The translations under genes and the position numbers were made by a program. The notes below the pieces were generated by a model that saw nothing but the letters and a program-made list of their open reading frames with translations, made no database searches and was not told the DNA's origin. From the NCBI RefSeq assembly GCF_001194135.2, contig NC_068981.1, forward strand, positions 198,949,315-199,013,314: DNA of 64,000 nucleotides. The letters are read 5' to 3'. This stretch comes from Octopus bimaculoides (Eukaryota). This document shows positions 1 through 13,555 of this stretch, piece by piece; within the stretch, counting starts at the first letter, position 1; each line of letters begins with the position of its first letter.

Positions 1-2121
1 AATTGCTTTATTATAAAAGGAAGAGTGGGGGTAGCAGGGAACTATATCAGATAGCCGGAAGGGAAGTTAGGCGACAGGTATATCTAGCCAGAGGAGAAGT
101 AGAAAAGAAGAAATTTGCCTAAGTTCAGCGACGTGAGGACCAAAGACTTGAAGCGTTTCAAATTGCAGGACAGTGTGTGAGAGAAAACTATGATGTCATA
201 GGAGAGAAATATGTCCACATGGATGATGGTGCACTTGCATTAATTGAGTCTGCATAGAAAGAGGATTGGAAATGCAATTATTAATGTCTGATGAGCGTGG
301 AGAATGGATGGGAGGAGAAGAGTCGGCCAAATGTTGACCCAACTGAGGGACCAGCTATCCAACAGTACCTTGGTAGATGAAGCAATTAAGGATATTAAGA
401 CAGGGAAAGCCCCTGGCCCATTAGGAATCACTGCCAAGATGCTTAAAATATCAGGTGGTGTGGGTTATGGTGTTGTCACCCATATTGTAAATCAGGTAGT
501 TCATGAAGGAGTCATACCCAATGACTGGTGTAGCAGCACCATAGTCAAATGCTACAAAAATAAAGGTGATACCTTAGACGTAATTACAGAGGTATAAAAT
601 TATTGGATCAGGTGATGAAAGTTACAGAGAGGGTCATTGCCCAAATAATTAGGGAGAGAGTTGGCCTAGATGAGATACAGTTGGGTTTTGTGCCAGGAAG
701 AAGCACCACTGATGCTATATTGCTGGTAAGGCAGCTAAGGAGAAATACCTAGCCAAGGATAAACCTCTGTACTTGGCTTTTGTTGACTTGGAGAAAGCCT
801 TTGACATGGTCCCCCAATCCCTTAACTGGTGGTCAATGCGGAAACTAGGGATAGATGAGTGGTTAGTGAGAGCTGTACAAGCCATGTACAGAGATGCTGA
901 CAGTAAGATTAGCAGTGAATACAGCGATGACTTCTAGGTACAAGTAGGGGTTCACTAAGGATCAGTTCTCAGCTCCCTCTTGTCCATCATAGTCTTTCAG
1001 GCAGTAAAAGAGGAATTTAAGATGGGCTACCCCTGTGAGCTCCTCTATGCTGATGACCTTGTTCTTATAGTGAATCACTACCAGAACAAGAGAAGTTTCA
1101 GGTATGGAAGCAAGGTCTAGAATTGAAGGGCCTTAGAATTAACCTAGCAAAAACCAAAGTCTTAGTAAATAGGAAGGCAGACAAATCGCAAATGCCTTCA
1201 GGTAGATGGCCCTGCTTGATCTGTAGTTCTGAGTTCAAATTCCGCCGAGGTTGACTTTGCTTTCATCCTTTGGGGGTTGATAAATTAAGTACCAGTTGTG
1301 TACTGGGGATGATCTAATCAACTGACACCCTCCCCCAAAATTTTGGGCCTTGTACCTAGAGTAGGAAAGAATATCAGAGGAAAGTTAACAGAGAAAATAG
1401 CTTTTGTGTGTGGAAGATGCACAAGTACAATAAATGCTGAAAATGTACAAAAAAAAAAGACTTCATCAACTGCCAGGTGGATAAGCTAGAGGCAGTAGAT
1501 AGCTTCCATTATCTAGGTAACCAAGATAGTTGTGGAGGTGGATGCTCCAAGAGTATAGCTGTGAGAATAAGAATAGGCTGGGCAAAGTTTAGAGAGCTCC
1601 TACCTTTGCTGGCAACAAAGGGCATCTCTCTCAGAGTGAAAGGCAGATTGTATGATACCTGTATGTAAACAGCTATGCTACATGGCAGTGAAACATGGGC
1701 TGTGACAGCCGAGGACATGGGTAGGCTTGAAAGAAATGAAGCTGGTATGCTTCGTTGGATGTGCAATGTCAGTGTGCATCTTCAACAGAGTGAAGATGCA
1801 CACTGAGAGAAAAGTTGAGCATAAGAGGCACTGGATGTGGTGTACAAGAGAGACGATGGTGCTGGTATGGTCATGTCATGCTTATGGATGAGGATAGCTG
1901 TGTAAAGAAGTGCCAATCTCTAACTGTAGAGGGAACCTGTGATAGAAGTAGACCCATTACACTCTCAGAGTGGTTGGCATTAGGAAAGGCATCTAGCCAT
2001 TCAAACTATGCCAAATCAGACTGGAGTCTTGTGCAGCCTTGCAGCTTGCCAGCCCTGGTCAAACCGTCCAACCCATACCAGCACGGACAACTGACATCAA
2101 ATGGTGATGATGATGATGATG
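1..2121 (+). mobile_element. Degenerate RTE-clade LINE (RT region to 3' tail), 5' end outside the window
   Basis: Interrupted frames give GKAPGP, FVDLEKAFD (~778-805), LYADD (TATGCTGATGAC at 1046-1057), INLAKTKVL and EAVDSFHYLG...RIGWAKFRELLPLL. An internal deletion near 1952 jumps to the 3'UTR, which ends in (GAT)n. Many stops and frameshifts. Confidence 0.9.
1226..1374 (+). mobile_element. 5'-truncated tRNA-derived SINE (family A) inserted in the RTE element
   Basis: GTTCTGAGTTCAAATTCCGCCGAGGTTGACTTTGCTTTCATCCTTT...AATTAAGTACCAG matches the copies at 34751, 47019 and 47233, and it interrupts the RTE coding sequence. Confidence 0.85.
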
Positions 2122-3490
2122 GAGTCTCCCATAGAAAACAGTTCATGTGCAATTCATGTTCAACATGTACATAAATGGCAGTAGTCTCAGCTGTCTTCAC
2201 AATAAACCACTGACGCCAACAACAAAAACAAATATCAACCAATTACAATTGGAGATTAAATTAGGATTTATAGCAAAAAAAGAAAAAAAATGAAAAAGTT
2301 TCTTTCAAGTTTGGCTGCTAAAATACTTTGAAAACAATAAAACTTTGTTGGGTTGCGGAAAAAAGGGGAGGGGAGATTATTTTATTATTATCCCCAACAT
2401 ATTATACCTGTTTTCCATGCTGGCATGGGTTGGATAGTTTGACAGGAGTTGGCAAGACCAGGAGCTGTACCAGGCTCAATTTGTCTGAATTGGCATGGTA
2501 TCTATGGCTGGATGCCCTTCCTAATGGCAACCACTGGCTGCTTTTCATGTGGCACCGTCACCGATAGGATAACCAAATACCTTGCAAGGCAAAAACTGAA
2601 AAAGTGTGAGAACCCTTTCAACTGCGAGGTTGTGGAGTAGTATCGAGTGGTGATGGCCAGTTGAGAGATTGAAGATATCAAGGGAGAAAGATGGGTGTCT
2701 AGTAAATCCTGACAACGTCGCACTAGTGTCAGGCACTAAACAGCAATGGACAAACATTACAAGTCTAATGACAATATTTCTTTTAGGTGAAATATTTCCA
2801 TGTCACTGTAGGTCACAGAAATGGATTGTTTTGCAATACATTAGAGTTCATATGGGGCCAAACTGGGCAGTAGGGGCCAAACTGGGGCAGAAGGAGCCAA
2901 TAAATGCATCTGTATTTTTGTTTTGTTTTTTGTCTCCTGTTTAAACATCAACTTAAAATGAAATAATACAATACAATAAACTGCTTGTTAGGTTTAATCA
3001 TGACAATAACGACAATAGCAACAGCATGACAAAGGACAGAGATATCCGTTGTTGTACTCAAGAAGACCCATCCTCCACAGCAGAAGTGTTAATGTGCTGC
3101 CCCCGATGAAGAGTCCTGTGCTGGTGCCACATAAAAAGCATTTGTGTTGGCACCACATAGAAGTGCTTGTGCTGATGCCATGTTAAAAGCACCCAGCACA
3201 CACGGCAAAGCAGTTGGTGTTAGGAAGGGCATCCAGCCATAGAAACCAAGCCAAAGCAGACGGGAACCTGCTGCAGCTCTCCTGCATGCCAGCCCCAGTC
3301 AAACTGTCCAACCCATGCCAGCATGGAAAATGGACATTAAACGATGATGATGATGATGAATAGACTTTGAAATGTGGATAAGTAAATAAACAAAGACTGA
3401 ATGAATGGCACCTGTACAGATAGATTATAAAGGATAATATGAAGTAGATGTTGAATGACATTGTCAACATTTGTGGGTATTTCTATCCAG

Positions 3491-3524
3491 GCAACAAAGA
3501 CAGTTGCTGCACCTGCAGTGTTAG
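3491..3524 (+). CDS. Candidate 34-nt internal exon (ATKTVAAPAVL in phase 0)
   Basis: tttctatccag|...|gtaatg splice signals around unique sequence. No homology recognised. Confidence 0.22.
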
Positions 3525-5269
3525 GTAATGTCCAAAATAGTGTGTATGTGAGTAATATACGATGCTAACACAGATGCTAAGGACAGAGTATTAATTCTCT
3601 GAGAGACTCATAAAATATGAAATCGTGAAAGTCATCAACCAACTCAGTTAATCAAATTATTTCAGTATTGTTTTCTAAAAAAAAAAACTTTTACAGGAAA
3701 AAAAAAAAAAGAAAGAAGGAAAGAGATTTAAATGTTCAGCAGACGATGGAGATTGATTAACAAGACATATATTACAGACAGCGATATTTATTTAACAAAT
3801 TACAGTATTAAACCATCTTTACTGGAATATTGTGAACAGAATAATTTATATGCGGAACATATTGCAACTAATGATTCTTAAATTTATAAAACTTTCAAAC
3901 ACAATGGCAAATGGTCAAGGATAAAAATAATGAGGAGAATATTTTTTCAAACTACTCACTCAATTTGAAATTTATTTCAAATTATGTGCTGGTGGCAAGT
4001 AAAAAGCACCATCTGAATGTGACCAATGCCAGGTCTGGCTGACTGGCTCTCATGCCGGTGGCATGTAAAAAGCAGCAACCGAATGTGGCCGATGCCAGTG
4101 CCCCTTGACTGGTCTCCATGCCGGTGGTATGTAAAAAACACTATCCAAATGTGATCGATTCCAAGCTCCTGACTGGCTCCTGTGCCAGCGGCACATAAAA
4201 AGCACCCACTACACTCTCGGAGTGGTTGGTGCTAGGGAGGGCATCCAGCTGTAGAAACCTTGCCAGATCAGATTGGAGCCTGGTGCAGCCACTGGCTCTC
4301 CAGACCTCAGTCAAACCATCCAACCCATGCCAGCACGGAAAACAGATGTTAAAGAATTATGAAGATGATTTATTTATTTATTATTTGTAAAACAAAACAT
4401 TTAAATGAGTTAATCTACACTGAGCCTTATTAGGTGCCATGAGTTTAGATAAGAATTGAACTTGTAAAGCTTCCAACATTGCCATAGTAAACATGGCACA
4501 AACTGACACAAATTTAAATAAATATTGTTCGCCATATTAAAGTGCAGTCATGCCTAAGTTCACCTGGGTTGTTTGTCAGTGCAGTAAATAGTGACTCTTT
4601 CACTTTCTGTAGTATGGTCTGCTTGTTGTTATTTGTGTATGTCCTGTTGTGGAAAAATGGGGAAATGGGCCAATGCCTATTGATTAATAGTGAAGGTTAG
4701 AAGTTGTAATATGTGCGTGCTGTAAAAATATAAATTATATGTCTCTCTCTCGATGACACAATGTTAATGTATCAAGATCAGGATAACACTTACATAAACT
4801 CTTTTATTCTGCACAAAAATAATAATAATTTAACAATGTAATTCAGAAATAGAAATAATAACTTTGTAAGTTTGGCAGACATAACAGTGTAAGAGATCAT
4901 TGATAATGTGAGCTAATAAGATGGTAGAAGTATGACAGGTAATATTTCATATCAGCTGAATTCACACTAATTTTAACAGTGAACAGACAACACACAGATG
5001 TATTTTGCTTTCGCTTTAATGAGTATGAAATGTTAGGAGAGAAATTAAGGTATTCGTGATGGACTAATTTAGAAAAATTAGAATGGTAATTATGAAGAAA
5101 AATCAATAATTCTACTAGACCTGTCAATATTGGAATTATTGATGTAGTGACCACCTTTCTCTATTTTTATGACTTATCATTGCTGTTATACAGCTTACAA
5201 TAATAAAAGCAATTTTTAAATTCAATTTATGTTTTTGTTTGTTACTTTTTTAATTCTTCTCTACGATAG

Positions 5270-5294
5270 AAAGAACATTCGAAAGAAGTGAAAA
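5270..5294 (+). CDS. Candidate 25-nt microexon
   Basis: Long pyrimidine tract ending ctacgatag|, purine-rich body (KEHSKEVK or RTFERSE), donor |gtgagc. Confidence 0.25.
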
Positions 5295-5844
5295 GTGAGC
5301 ATAAAATAAGCATTAATAATAAAATGAAACAAAGCAACAAGAAGATGGAGAAAAATGTTTCAGAAATTTTGTTCTTGTTTGCCTGAAGCTCTAGATTTTA
5401 TTCAATAGTTTCAAGATTTAAGAAAACACTCTTTTATAGTTTTCCTTCATTATAAATTTAATTAATACATTAATAATTAAATATATAATTGAGGCAAAAT
5501 CTAACATGAAACCTTTCAGATGTTATTGCTCTCTTGTGTTCGGGAGAAAACTTTTAATGGCATCTTCTATAAACGTGCCATTGCATATTTTCACCATTGT
5601 AAACATGTAAATAACATATTGAAAAATACAAACATGAAAATAATTGCAAGATTCTAATCAATACCGAAAAGAAATTTATCAAAATAACATTTGTACAGCC
5701 TTGACATGCTACAAGCATAAGAACTGATAAATAAACAATTATCTTTGTTCTATCAGATCTTTTCATACACTGAGCTGACAATTAAGACTTAGCGATAAAC
5801 AGTGTAGAAAGCGAATTCCAAGTCAAGTGTTGCTGCAATGATCT

Positions 5845-5886
<42 letters not shown>

Positions 5887-6029
5887 CCACACACACATGT
5901 ACATACATATATACATATATCCTCATAATTGTTTAACTTCCGCTTTCCATGCTGGCATGGGTTGGACAGTTTGACTGGGGACTGGCAAGCCAGGAGGCTG
6001 CACCAGCAGTGAGCTGCATGGTATTTTTG

Positions 6030-7735
6030 TTAGCCCAAATGTAAAAGGCTCACTGACTGCAGACCCCAAGAAGCACTCAAACCGTCCCAAAGTGTTTTCA
6101 CTTCCCCACTAGAAAACATGAAAATAAGCAGACCTGATGAGTTCTTCAACACCTCTAACCTACAAGAGAAAAAGGCAACCGTCAATTATACTGACATTAC
6201 AGAAGAGGATGTATTGTTGGCCATTGATGAGATAAATCCAAACTCTGCAACAGGCCCAAATGGACTCCCAGCAATTCTGTTAAAAACATGAAAGAAAGCT
6301 CTTGCAAATGCTTTTCCTGAGTTCCCTTCAAAGCAGTACATTTCCTCAAACATTAAAAGAAGGAATAATCTGCCCTGTCCACAAAGGAGAAAGCAGAGCA
6401 GATGCTATAAACTACAGGCCTATCTCTCTGACCTCACATGTCAGCAAAATCATGGAACAGATTGTCAGAAAAAGACTGACCACGTTCCTAGGGGAAAATG
6501 ACTTGCTTACAGACAAAGTAACATGGTTTCTGTCCTGGAAGGAGCTACCTAAAACAGCTACTACAACACTTCGACTGGGTACTAAGACAACAGCTCAACC
6601 ATTCAAATGTGGATGTGATGTATCTCGACTCTGCCAAGGCCTTTGACAAAGTCGATCATGGAATGATATGTCACAAATTGCGTGACCTCAGTATCGCTGG
6701 TAGACTGGGAGAGTGGCTGCATGATTTCCTAAGGGGCAGAAATCAGGCTGTCACAGTAAATAGTGCTCTCTCTGAAGTGGCACCAATCCTCAGTGGAGTC
6801 CCCCAGGGAACAGTGCTGGGTCCACTACTGTTTGTGGTTGCTCTCTTGGACATGCCCTCAGCCATAGTCAGCCACACTCACTAGCTACACCGATGATACA
6901 AAAGTATCGCAGGCGGTCAAGGATCCTACTGACATCCTAAGACTGCAGAATGACCTGAACGCGATATATAAATGGGCTGATGAGAATAATATGCAGTTCA
7001 ATGGTGCAAAATTCCAAGCACTCCATTATCAGCCCACACACAAACTGCAACTGAAGTACATAGGACCATCAGGCAATGTAATCTCAGAGTTAGAGTCAGT
7101 GCATGACCTGGGAATCCACACAAGAAATTGATGCAACTTTCCATGTGCACATTGCTCAGATGGCAACACTATGCAGGCGGGTGGCAGGTTGGATCTTTAG
7201 ATCCTTCAGGACTAGGAACAATGCTTCTGCTTTGGAGAACCTTTGTCCTCAGTCATCTGGACTACTGCTCCCAACTGTGGTCCTCACAGGTTGTAAAACT
7301 AATTGCAGAACTAGAAGCAATCCAACACCACTTCGCAAAAAAGATAGACTCAGTAAAACACATGGGCTACTGGGAGAGATTGAGGGAACTGGGACTCTAC
7401 TTCCTGGAGAGGAGACGTGAGAGATATACGGTGCTATACATATGGAAAATAATGGAAAGTCTAGCTCCAAATTTCGGAATTGAAGTCTACAACCCTGAAC
7501 TGGATGGCATACCTTTTCCATCGAGGATACGAACCCAATATTGTAATAGCTTGGGATTCAAGGGACCACATCTTTTTAATGCCCTACCACAGGACATCAG
7601 GGATCTGCAAGGTGTAGACATGGAAGTCTTCAAAAAACGTCTAGACAGTTTTTTATCTTGCAGATAAACCCACATCGCAGCAGGAGGCACAAAGAAGAGT
7701 AGCAACTGGATAGATAGATAGATAGATAGACAGAT
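6030..7735 (+). mobile_element. Degenerate CR1/L2-like LINE, RT plus 3' end, 5'-truncated
   Basis: NYRPISLTSHVSKIME, YLDSAKAFDKVDHG, SGVPQGTVLGPLLF, YTDDTK (6886-6903), HLDYCSQLWS, LYFLERRRERY. Ends in a (GATA)n tail. Frameshifts and stops present. Confidence 0.9.
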
Positions 7736-9476
7736 ATGTGTGTAGATGTAGTAAACAGTTAAAATAATTTTTATTAACAGACAGCATAACTCTGCAGCAA
7801 TGATTTTTGTCAAACTCCAAATAATTTTGAAGCAATAAACTGGTAAAGTTCTTAGAATGTTAGGGTTAGGGGTTTGTGATATTTGTTTTGACTCTCTGCA
7901 TTTTGAGTTCCATCAAGATCAATGTCATTTCATCCTTTCACTGCCAATAAAAATGTACCAAACCAAGGTAGTGATTTGGTAGGACTGGTGTACCAACAGG
8001 CTAGGTGCCTTGTCATACCTCTTCTCAAAACCTGAAATTGCAGTGATGCCAAGCTGTACTGGTTTTAAAGCAGTGGCCCTTCTCTTGGATAACATCATTT
8101 GTGTAGAGGGAGAGATTTGCATTTATAATTAGCTGACAGCTTTGTTTAAACGAAAAACATTATGCAGCCCGATGCATAAAAGTGCAGACACATGGTGAAC
8201 CCTCACCAATGTAGGCCCTAAAAAGCAATCAATAAATTCTGTATCATGGAATACTTTGAGTTGTTAAATGATTATGAATCCTGTGTTGGTGTCACATGTA
8301 AAGCATTTTTGTGCTGGTGCCATGTAAAAGTGCTGATGCTGGTGTCACATTAAAAACACTCTAAAGTGGTTGGCATCAGGAAAGGCATCCAGCCATAAAA
8401 AACCAATCCAAACCAGATTGGAACCCGGTGTAGTTCTACAACTTGCCAGCCCTGGTCAAACCATCTGACTTATGCCAGCATAGAAATCAGACATTAAAGA
8501 ATAATGATGATGATGATGAGTTCTGTAAAGTGGTTGGTGTTAGGAGGGGTATCCGACCATAAATTCCATGCCAAAGAAGACAGTGGAGCTTGGCCCTCTG
8601 GCTTACCAGCATCCGTCAAACTGTCCAACCCATGCCAGCATGGAAGAAGGATGTTAAATGATGACAATGAGTATAAAATACCAAAATACACAGAAATTAT
8701 CCTGTTGCTGTTGTTGTCATCCTTGATCCAGCAAACCTAGGATGACAAGAGCACCAACAATTAATCAGCCACAGTTTGCCTAGGATTACATTATTTAATG
8801 TGTCCTTTCTTTTTTATTTGTGTAATGTTTAGCTGTTTCTTGTTGGTCGATGGAATCAATCTATTGGACAACCCAATATAATGGAAACCTTTCCATCACC
8901 CCCATCCCCCTCTGCTATGGACATAAATCCAGTTTCTTTGACTGTCTTCCCAAACCCGACTATCGAAAGATCTACGTTAATCAGACAGACAAATCATATA
9001 AACATTTACATTCATTATTCAGTAAATTCTAATTGAAATTAATTTATCTAATTGTCCCTTACAATGTCTTTAATTCTTAATCCATTATTTAAAACAAGGA
9101 ATAAAATAAACATTAGACATGAAACATTGAAAGCTAAGTTGGAATTCACATGCCATTTCTAAGTGGTTCAGAAAATTAATTTACTGGTATCTAACCACAT
9201 ATCTAGACAATATATTGAATAAATTAGAATTTCTTGGGGCACATATACTATTGTCCACACCCAAGAGAAGAAGTACAGCAGAGATCTAATATTAATATTT
9301 AACTTCTTTTGTTTTGTGATAACGAAGCCATAAAAACAAATTACTGAGTTTTTATCACCAAATTTGTAATGTCATTAATTATTAATAAGGAAAATAAATT
9401 ACTTAAAGTGTAGTAAGAGTGGTACTAATATAGCAATTAATAATATCAAATATAGGACACATTGCCATCATCATCA

Positions 9477-9525
<49 letters not shown>

Positions 9526-9843
9526 CACACATGTATCGTCTATCTGGATGTTTTGTTGTCTCTTTTTTGTATCACCTAACTGACTGGATGTTTTGCGTTC
9601 TTGTTCCATTTTGTATTTTATANNNNNNNNNNCACACAACATCGTGAAGTATATTTGCCACTTAAATGTGGCTAACCCTTAAGGGTTGATGCTACTGTAG
9701 CTTGTAGCCCCAGGAAGACACCTCCTCCAGCTGTCTATTGACACACTTTCTGTGCCCTATCAGTATTTGCAAAGGGAAGTCATTGTTCCCATATAGAAAG
9801 AGGCCTGAACATTGCTGTTAAAGTGTTTGTTGTGTAAACTTAC

Positions 9844-9876
9844 TCTGAAGTAGTCAAATGAAGTTGTAGGACTCTA
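9844..9876 (-). CDS. Candidate 33-nt symmetric (phase 2-2) microexon, RVLQLHLTTS
   Basis: Minus strand reads cttcttttgtctcctttcattcag|exon|gtaagttt, near-consensus splice sites. Only one frame is open. Confidence 0.22.
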
Positions 9877-10478
9877 CTGAATGAAAGGAGACAAAAGAAG
9901 AATCTGGTTTTCTCATCAGTAACATTTTCTAACAGTTCATTATTCAACAATGTTATAGAAACATCTATCAGACAAATTACATTCACAGACTAGCCTCCTC
10001 TTGAACATAGACAAAAACAAAGAAAGAGAAACAATTCACAAAAAGGAGTTACAATACTATCACCAGTGTTATGAATGAAGAAACAACAAAAGCAAACAAA
10101 AACACAGCTGAAAGACGATGTTGTAAAGAGAGACGACAAGTTCAAAAGCTGTTAATTGGTTAACACTAATTAGAATGAAGTTTATATAAAGATGGAGTAA
10201 GTAACTGGTAATTATTTCTAAGACAAAAAGTTTATAATTTGCTAAAAGCAAATGAAACAATTAAGAGACTGGGTGGGTAACTTTTGAAGAATACTTTCCC
10301 TCCCATGGGTAAATATCAAGAAATATGGCAGGCATACAATAATTATTATGCAATTACTATTTAATAATTTTTATCACATTTCTTGGTGTTTATACAGAAT
10401 ATCAAAATGAAAACTAATTTTCGACAGAAAAATGTTTATTATTTTAAAATTAAATGAAACAAATTTCTCATTTGTATA

Positions 10479-11000
10479 TTTTATGCTCTCTCTCTCCCTC
10501 TCTTTTACACTCTCTCTCTCCCTCTCTTTTATGCTCTCTCTCTCCCTCTCTTTTACACTCTCTCTCTCCCTNNNNNNNNNNCTCTCCCTCTCTTTTACAC
10601 TCTCTCTCTCCCTCTCTTTTATGCTCTCTCTCTCCCTCTCTTTTACACTCTCTCTCCCTCTCTTTTATGCTCTCTCTCCCTCTCTTTTACACTCTCTCTC
10701 TCCCTCCCTTTTTTACACTCTCTCTCCCTCTCTTTTATGCTCTCTTTCTCCTTCTCTTTTATGCTCTCTTGCTTCCTTCCTCTCTTTTATGCTTTCTCTC
10801 TCTCCCTCTCTTTTACGCTCTCTCTCTCTCCTTCTCTTTTACACTCTCTCTCTCCCTCTCTTTTATGCTCTCTTGCTTCCTTCCTCTCTTTTACACTCTC
10901 TCTCTCCTTCTCTTTTATGCTCTCTTCCTTCCTCTCTTTTATGCTCTTTCTCTCTCTCTCACCCTTCCTCTCTTTTATGCTTTCTCCCCCTCCTCTCTAT
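10479..11000. repeat. CT-rich minisatellite, ~24-nt unit with alternating ATG/ACA variants
   Basis: ttttATGctctctctctccctctc alternates with ttttACActctctctctccctctc and decays rightwards. A short N gap lies inside. Confidence 0.9.
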
Positions 11001-12194
11001 CTCTCTGTATATATAACCCAACCAGCCAACCAACATTTATATTGACACTTACCAAATAAAAACAGAAACAGTTCTTGCTGAAGACAAGAATTCTTGCTGC
11101 AGAAAGGAATGGAAGAAATAAACAGCAGGAATGAATGTAGGTAACGATTCCCTTGTTAAGTCTCCCCACTGAAAACAACCAACATTCAAAGTGTCTTGTC
11201 TGAGTATGGCGTATGAAAAAGTTATAAAGGAAAAGGGAGATCCAGGAATACACTCATACCTAGGTACTATGGCCCTCCCTTTAACGGGTTTTGGAGTCAC
11301 TGGACAAAATCTGATTTTTTATTTTAAAAATCTGAATTTTCTGTATTATAATGGCTATTTACAGTGTACAGGTATTTTACACTGTCAAATTGGATTTTGT
11401 ACTTGATTAAAAGTACTGTACTGTATTTATTCCACAGTCTTTCATAATCTAATTGTTGATAGTAGCCACTCTTAACTTAACCTAACCTCAATGTCAGTAC
11501 CTACGGACAATCGGCTTCATTGAACGGATGTTCCTCACTTTTAGTCTATAGTACCGAGGTATGAGTGTATCGAACAATGGGTTGGAGGAGATCACTCAGG
11601 CTTGCTTGCATTGAACTACAGATGTTAGTATGTTAGACCAGAAAGAGATAAATTAGCAGTTAGCATGGTCAGAAAAACTGACTGTCCAACTCTTTAATAC
11701 GGAAAGAAAAGATAGCTCTGACAAAGAAGGGATGAACAAAGACAGACAACACAATATAGTGGGGTACATAAAACATTAATCGAATGAATATGAATTAGTC
11801 TTTGTTCATCGAATTTTACTTCCTTGACCTGCACAACGTCGCTATTCACACCCCTTCCTGCATAGCTGACGGCTGGTTGAGTGTCCAAATGACATGAAAA
11901 TTTCCAGAAATTGTCTTCACAAAATCACAGTTCAATAAATTTACAGAAATTTTCTATTCCATATGGCGAAAATTAGTTTTCCACAGGACAACAGTTCAAA
12001 TTCCAATAAAATTTTCAATTCAAATATAACATAAATTCGCAATAACAGAAGAGGACACGAACTCACATACCGCAGATAACAACTGAAAACAACACTGTGT
12101 CGCAGACAAAAAAGGTGTGGCCTTGCTAGATGTCGATGCCTATCTGCCTTTCAAAACAAATATTTCAGGTGAAATACATTCACTGATTTTTGAA

Positions 12195-12615
12195 AATAGA
12201 AATAATATATTTCTAAATCTCTCAGAGAAATCTATGCAGTAGCAGCACAATAAAGTGATAGTATGTTGTTAACTTACTGTGACGGTCCCATGAAAGGGAA
12301 GAATGCTACTGTTATTTAGTCCCATGAAACACTGTTTCCTGTTGGACTTGACACATTTCCTGATGATGAGCAATGACTCTGAAACTAGTCTCTGGATGCT
12401 GGCTTTGCTGGGTGGAGGTGCTTGTCTTCACTTTGAAAACATGGACACAGGAAATGTGTCAAGTACAACAGGAAACGATGTTTCCTAGGGCTAAATAACA
12501 GTAGCATTCTTCCTTTTCATGGGACTGTCACATTAAGTTGACAACATACTGTCACTTTATCGTGCTGCTACTGCATAAATCTCTCTGAGAGATTTAGAAA
12601 TGTATTATTTCTATT
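12195..12615. mobile_element. Fold-back (MITE-like) element with ~165-bp inverted arms
   Basis: 12195-12362 is the reverse complement of 12448-12615 (e.g. gaatgctactgttatttag / ctaaataacagtagcattc). Spacer ~85 bp. Confidence 0.85.
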
Positions 12616-12957
12616 CCTAATGAGTTGTTGAGAAGTGAAGATATGTAAATATATATCATTTTGAAAACATCAGAAAGTCTATCATGGATTAATGATGACC
12701 AATACAGACTTCCCACACCATCATTTGAACAACATTGCCAAGACAAACAACTATTTCAACTTGAAAAATTTGATGAACTGTCAACAGTTAATTTATTGCT
12801 AATGAATTTTGATATTGCAATTATAAAACTTGTGAGATCTGTAATCTAATGTAACTATCAGTGGCCACCACTCAAAGCAAATTCTAAACAACTTACTGGA
12901 GTCCATGGAAAAAAAAAAACTGATGGAAGAAATTCTATCACAATTCCGAGAAACAAA

Positions 12958-13203
12958 AGAATTTTACATAATTTACATTTGATGGATATTTGTCCTCATC
13001 TTGTTTGTTGTTAACACATTTCGGCTGATATACCCTCCAGCCTTCATCAGGTGTCTTGGGGAAATTTTGAACCTGGGTTCTTATTCCTAAGGTATTTTTC
13101 AATGTTGTTATTATTATTCTTCAAGTCACTGCCTGGAATCAATCTCGGAAACTTGGGGTTAGTAGCCCGCGCTCTTAACCACTATGCCATTTGCCCATGG
13201 GCT
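12958..13203 (-). mobile_element. tRNA-headed SINE with Penelope-type tail (left member of inverted pair 1)
   Basis: The reverse complement has A box TGGCATAGTGG, an (AAT)n linker and a tail with CTGATGAAGGCTGGAGGGTATATCAGCCGAAA. Confidence 0.8.
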
Positions 13204-13259
13204 AATGGTTGTAATGGATCCTCTAGCTTTATATGAATCCACTGATGTCATTATATTCA

Positions 13260-13555
13260 AGCCCACAGACATATGGTGTAGTGGTTAAAAGCGTGGGCTA
13301 CTAACCCCAAGATTCTGAGTTTGATTCCAGGCAGTGACTTGAATAATAATAATAATAATAGTAACAACAACATCAAAAAATATCTTAGGAATGAGAACTC
13401 AGGTTCGAAATTTCCCCCAAGACACCTGATGAAGGCTGGATGGTATATCAGCTGAAACTTTGTGTTAACAACAAACAAGATAAGGACAAATATCTGTCAA
13501 ATGTAAATAATGTACATAATTCCTCATCTCTTAAATATAGAACTGGATTAAAAGA
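13260..13555 (+). mobile_element. tRNA-headed SINE with Penelope-type tail (right member of inverted pair 1)
   Basis: TGGTGTAGTGGTTAA...GAGTTTGATTCC head, (AAT)n, then GACACCTGATGAAGGCTG...CAGCTGAAACTTTGTGTT at 13421-13466. Confidence 0.8.

Noticed and set aside
10432-11059. 194-201-aa L/S-rich ORFs
   Set aside because: Translations of the CT minisatellite, spanning an N gap.
11631-11894. Possible solo LTR (TG...CA ends)
   Set aside because: No target-site duplication found and no second copy in the window.
13265-13340. tRNA-like sequences (also 20510-20575, 59931-59985 and SINE A heads)
   Set aside because: A and B boxes are present but there is no complete cloverleaf, and each is fused to a SINE body. 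These are SINE heads, not tRNA genes.
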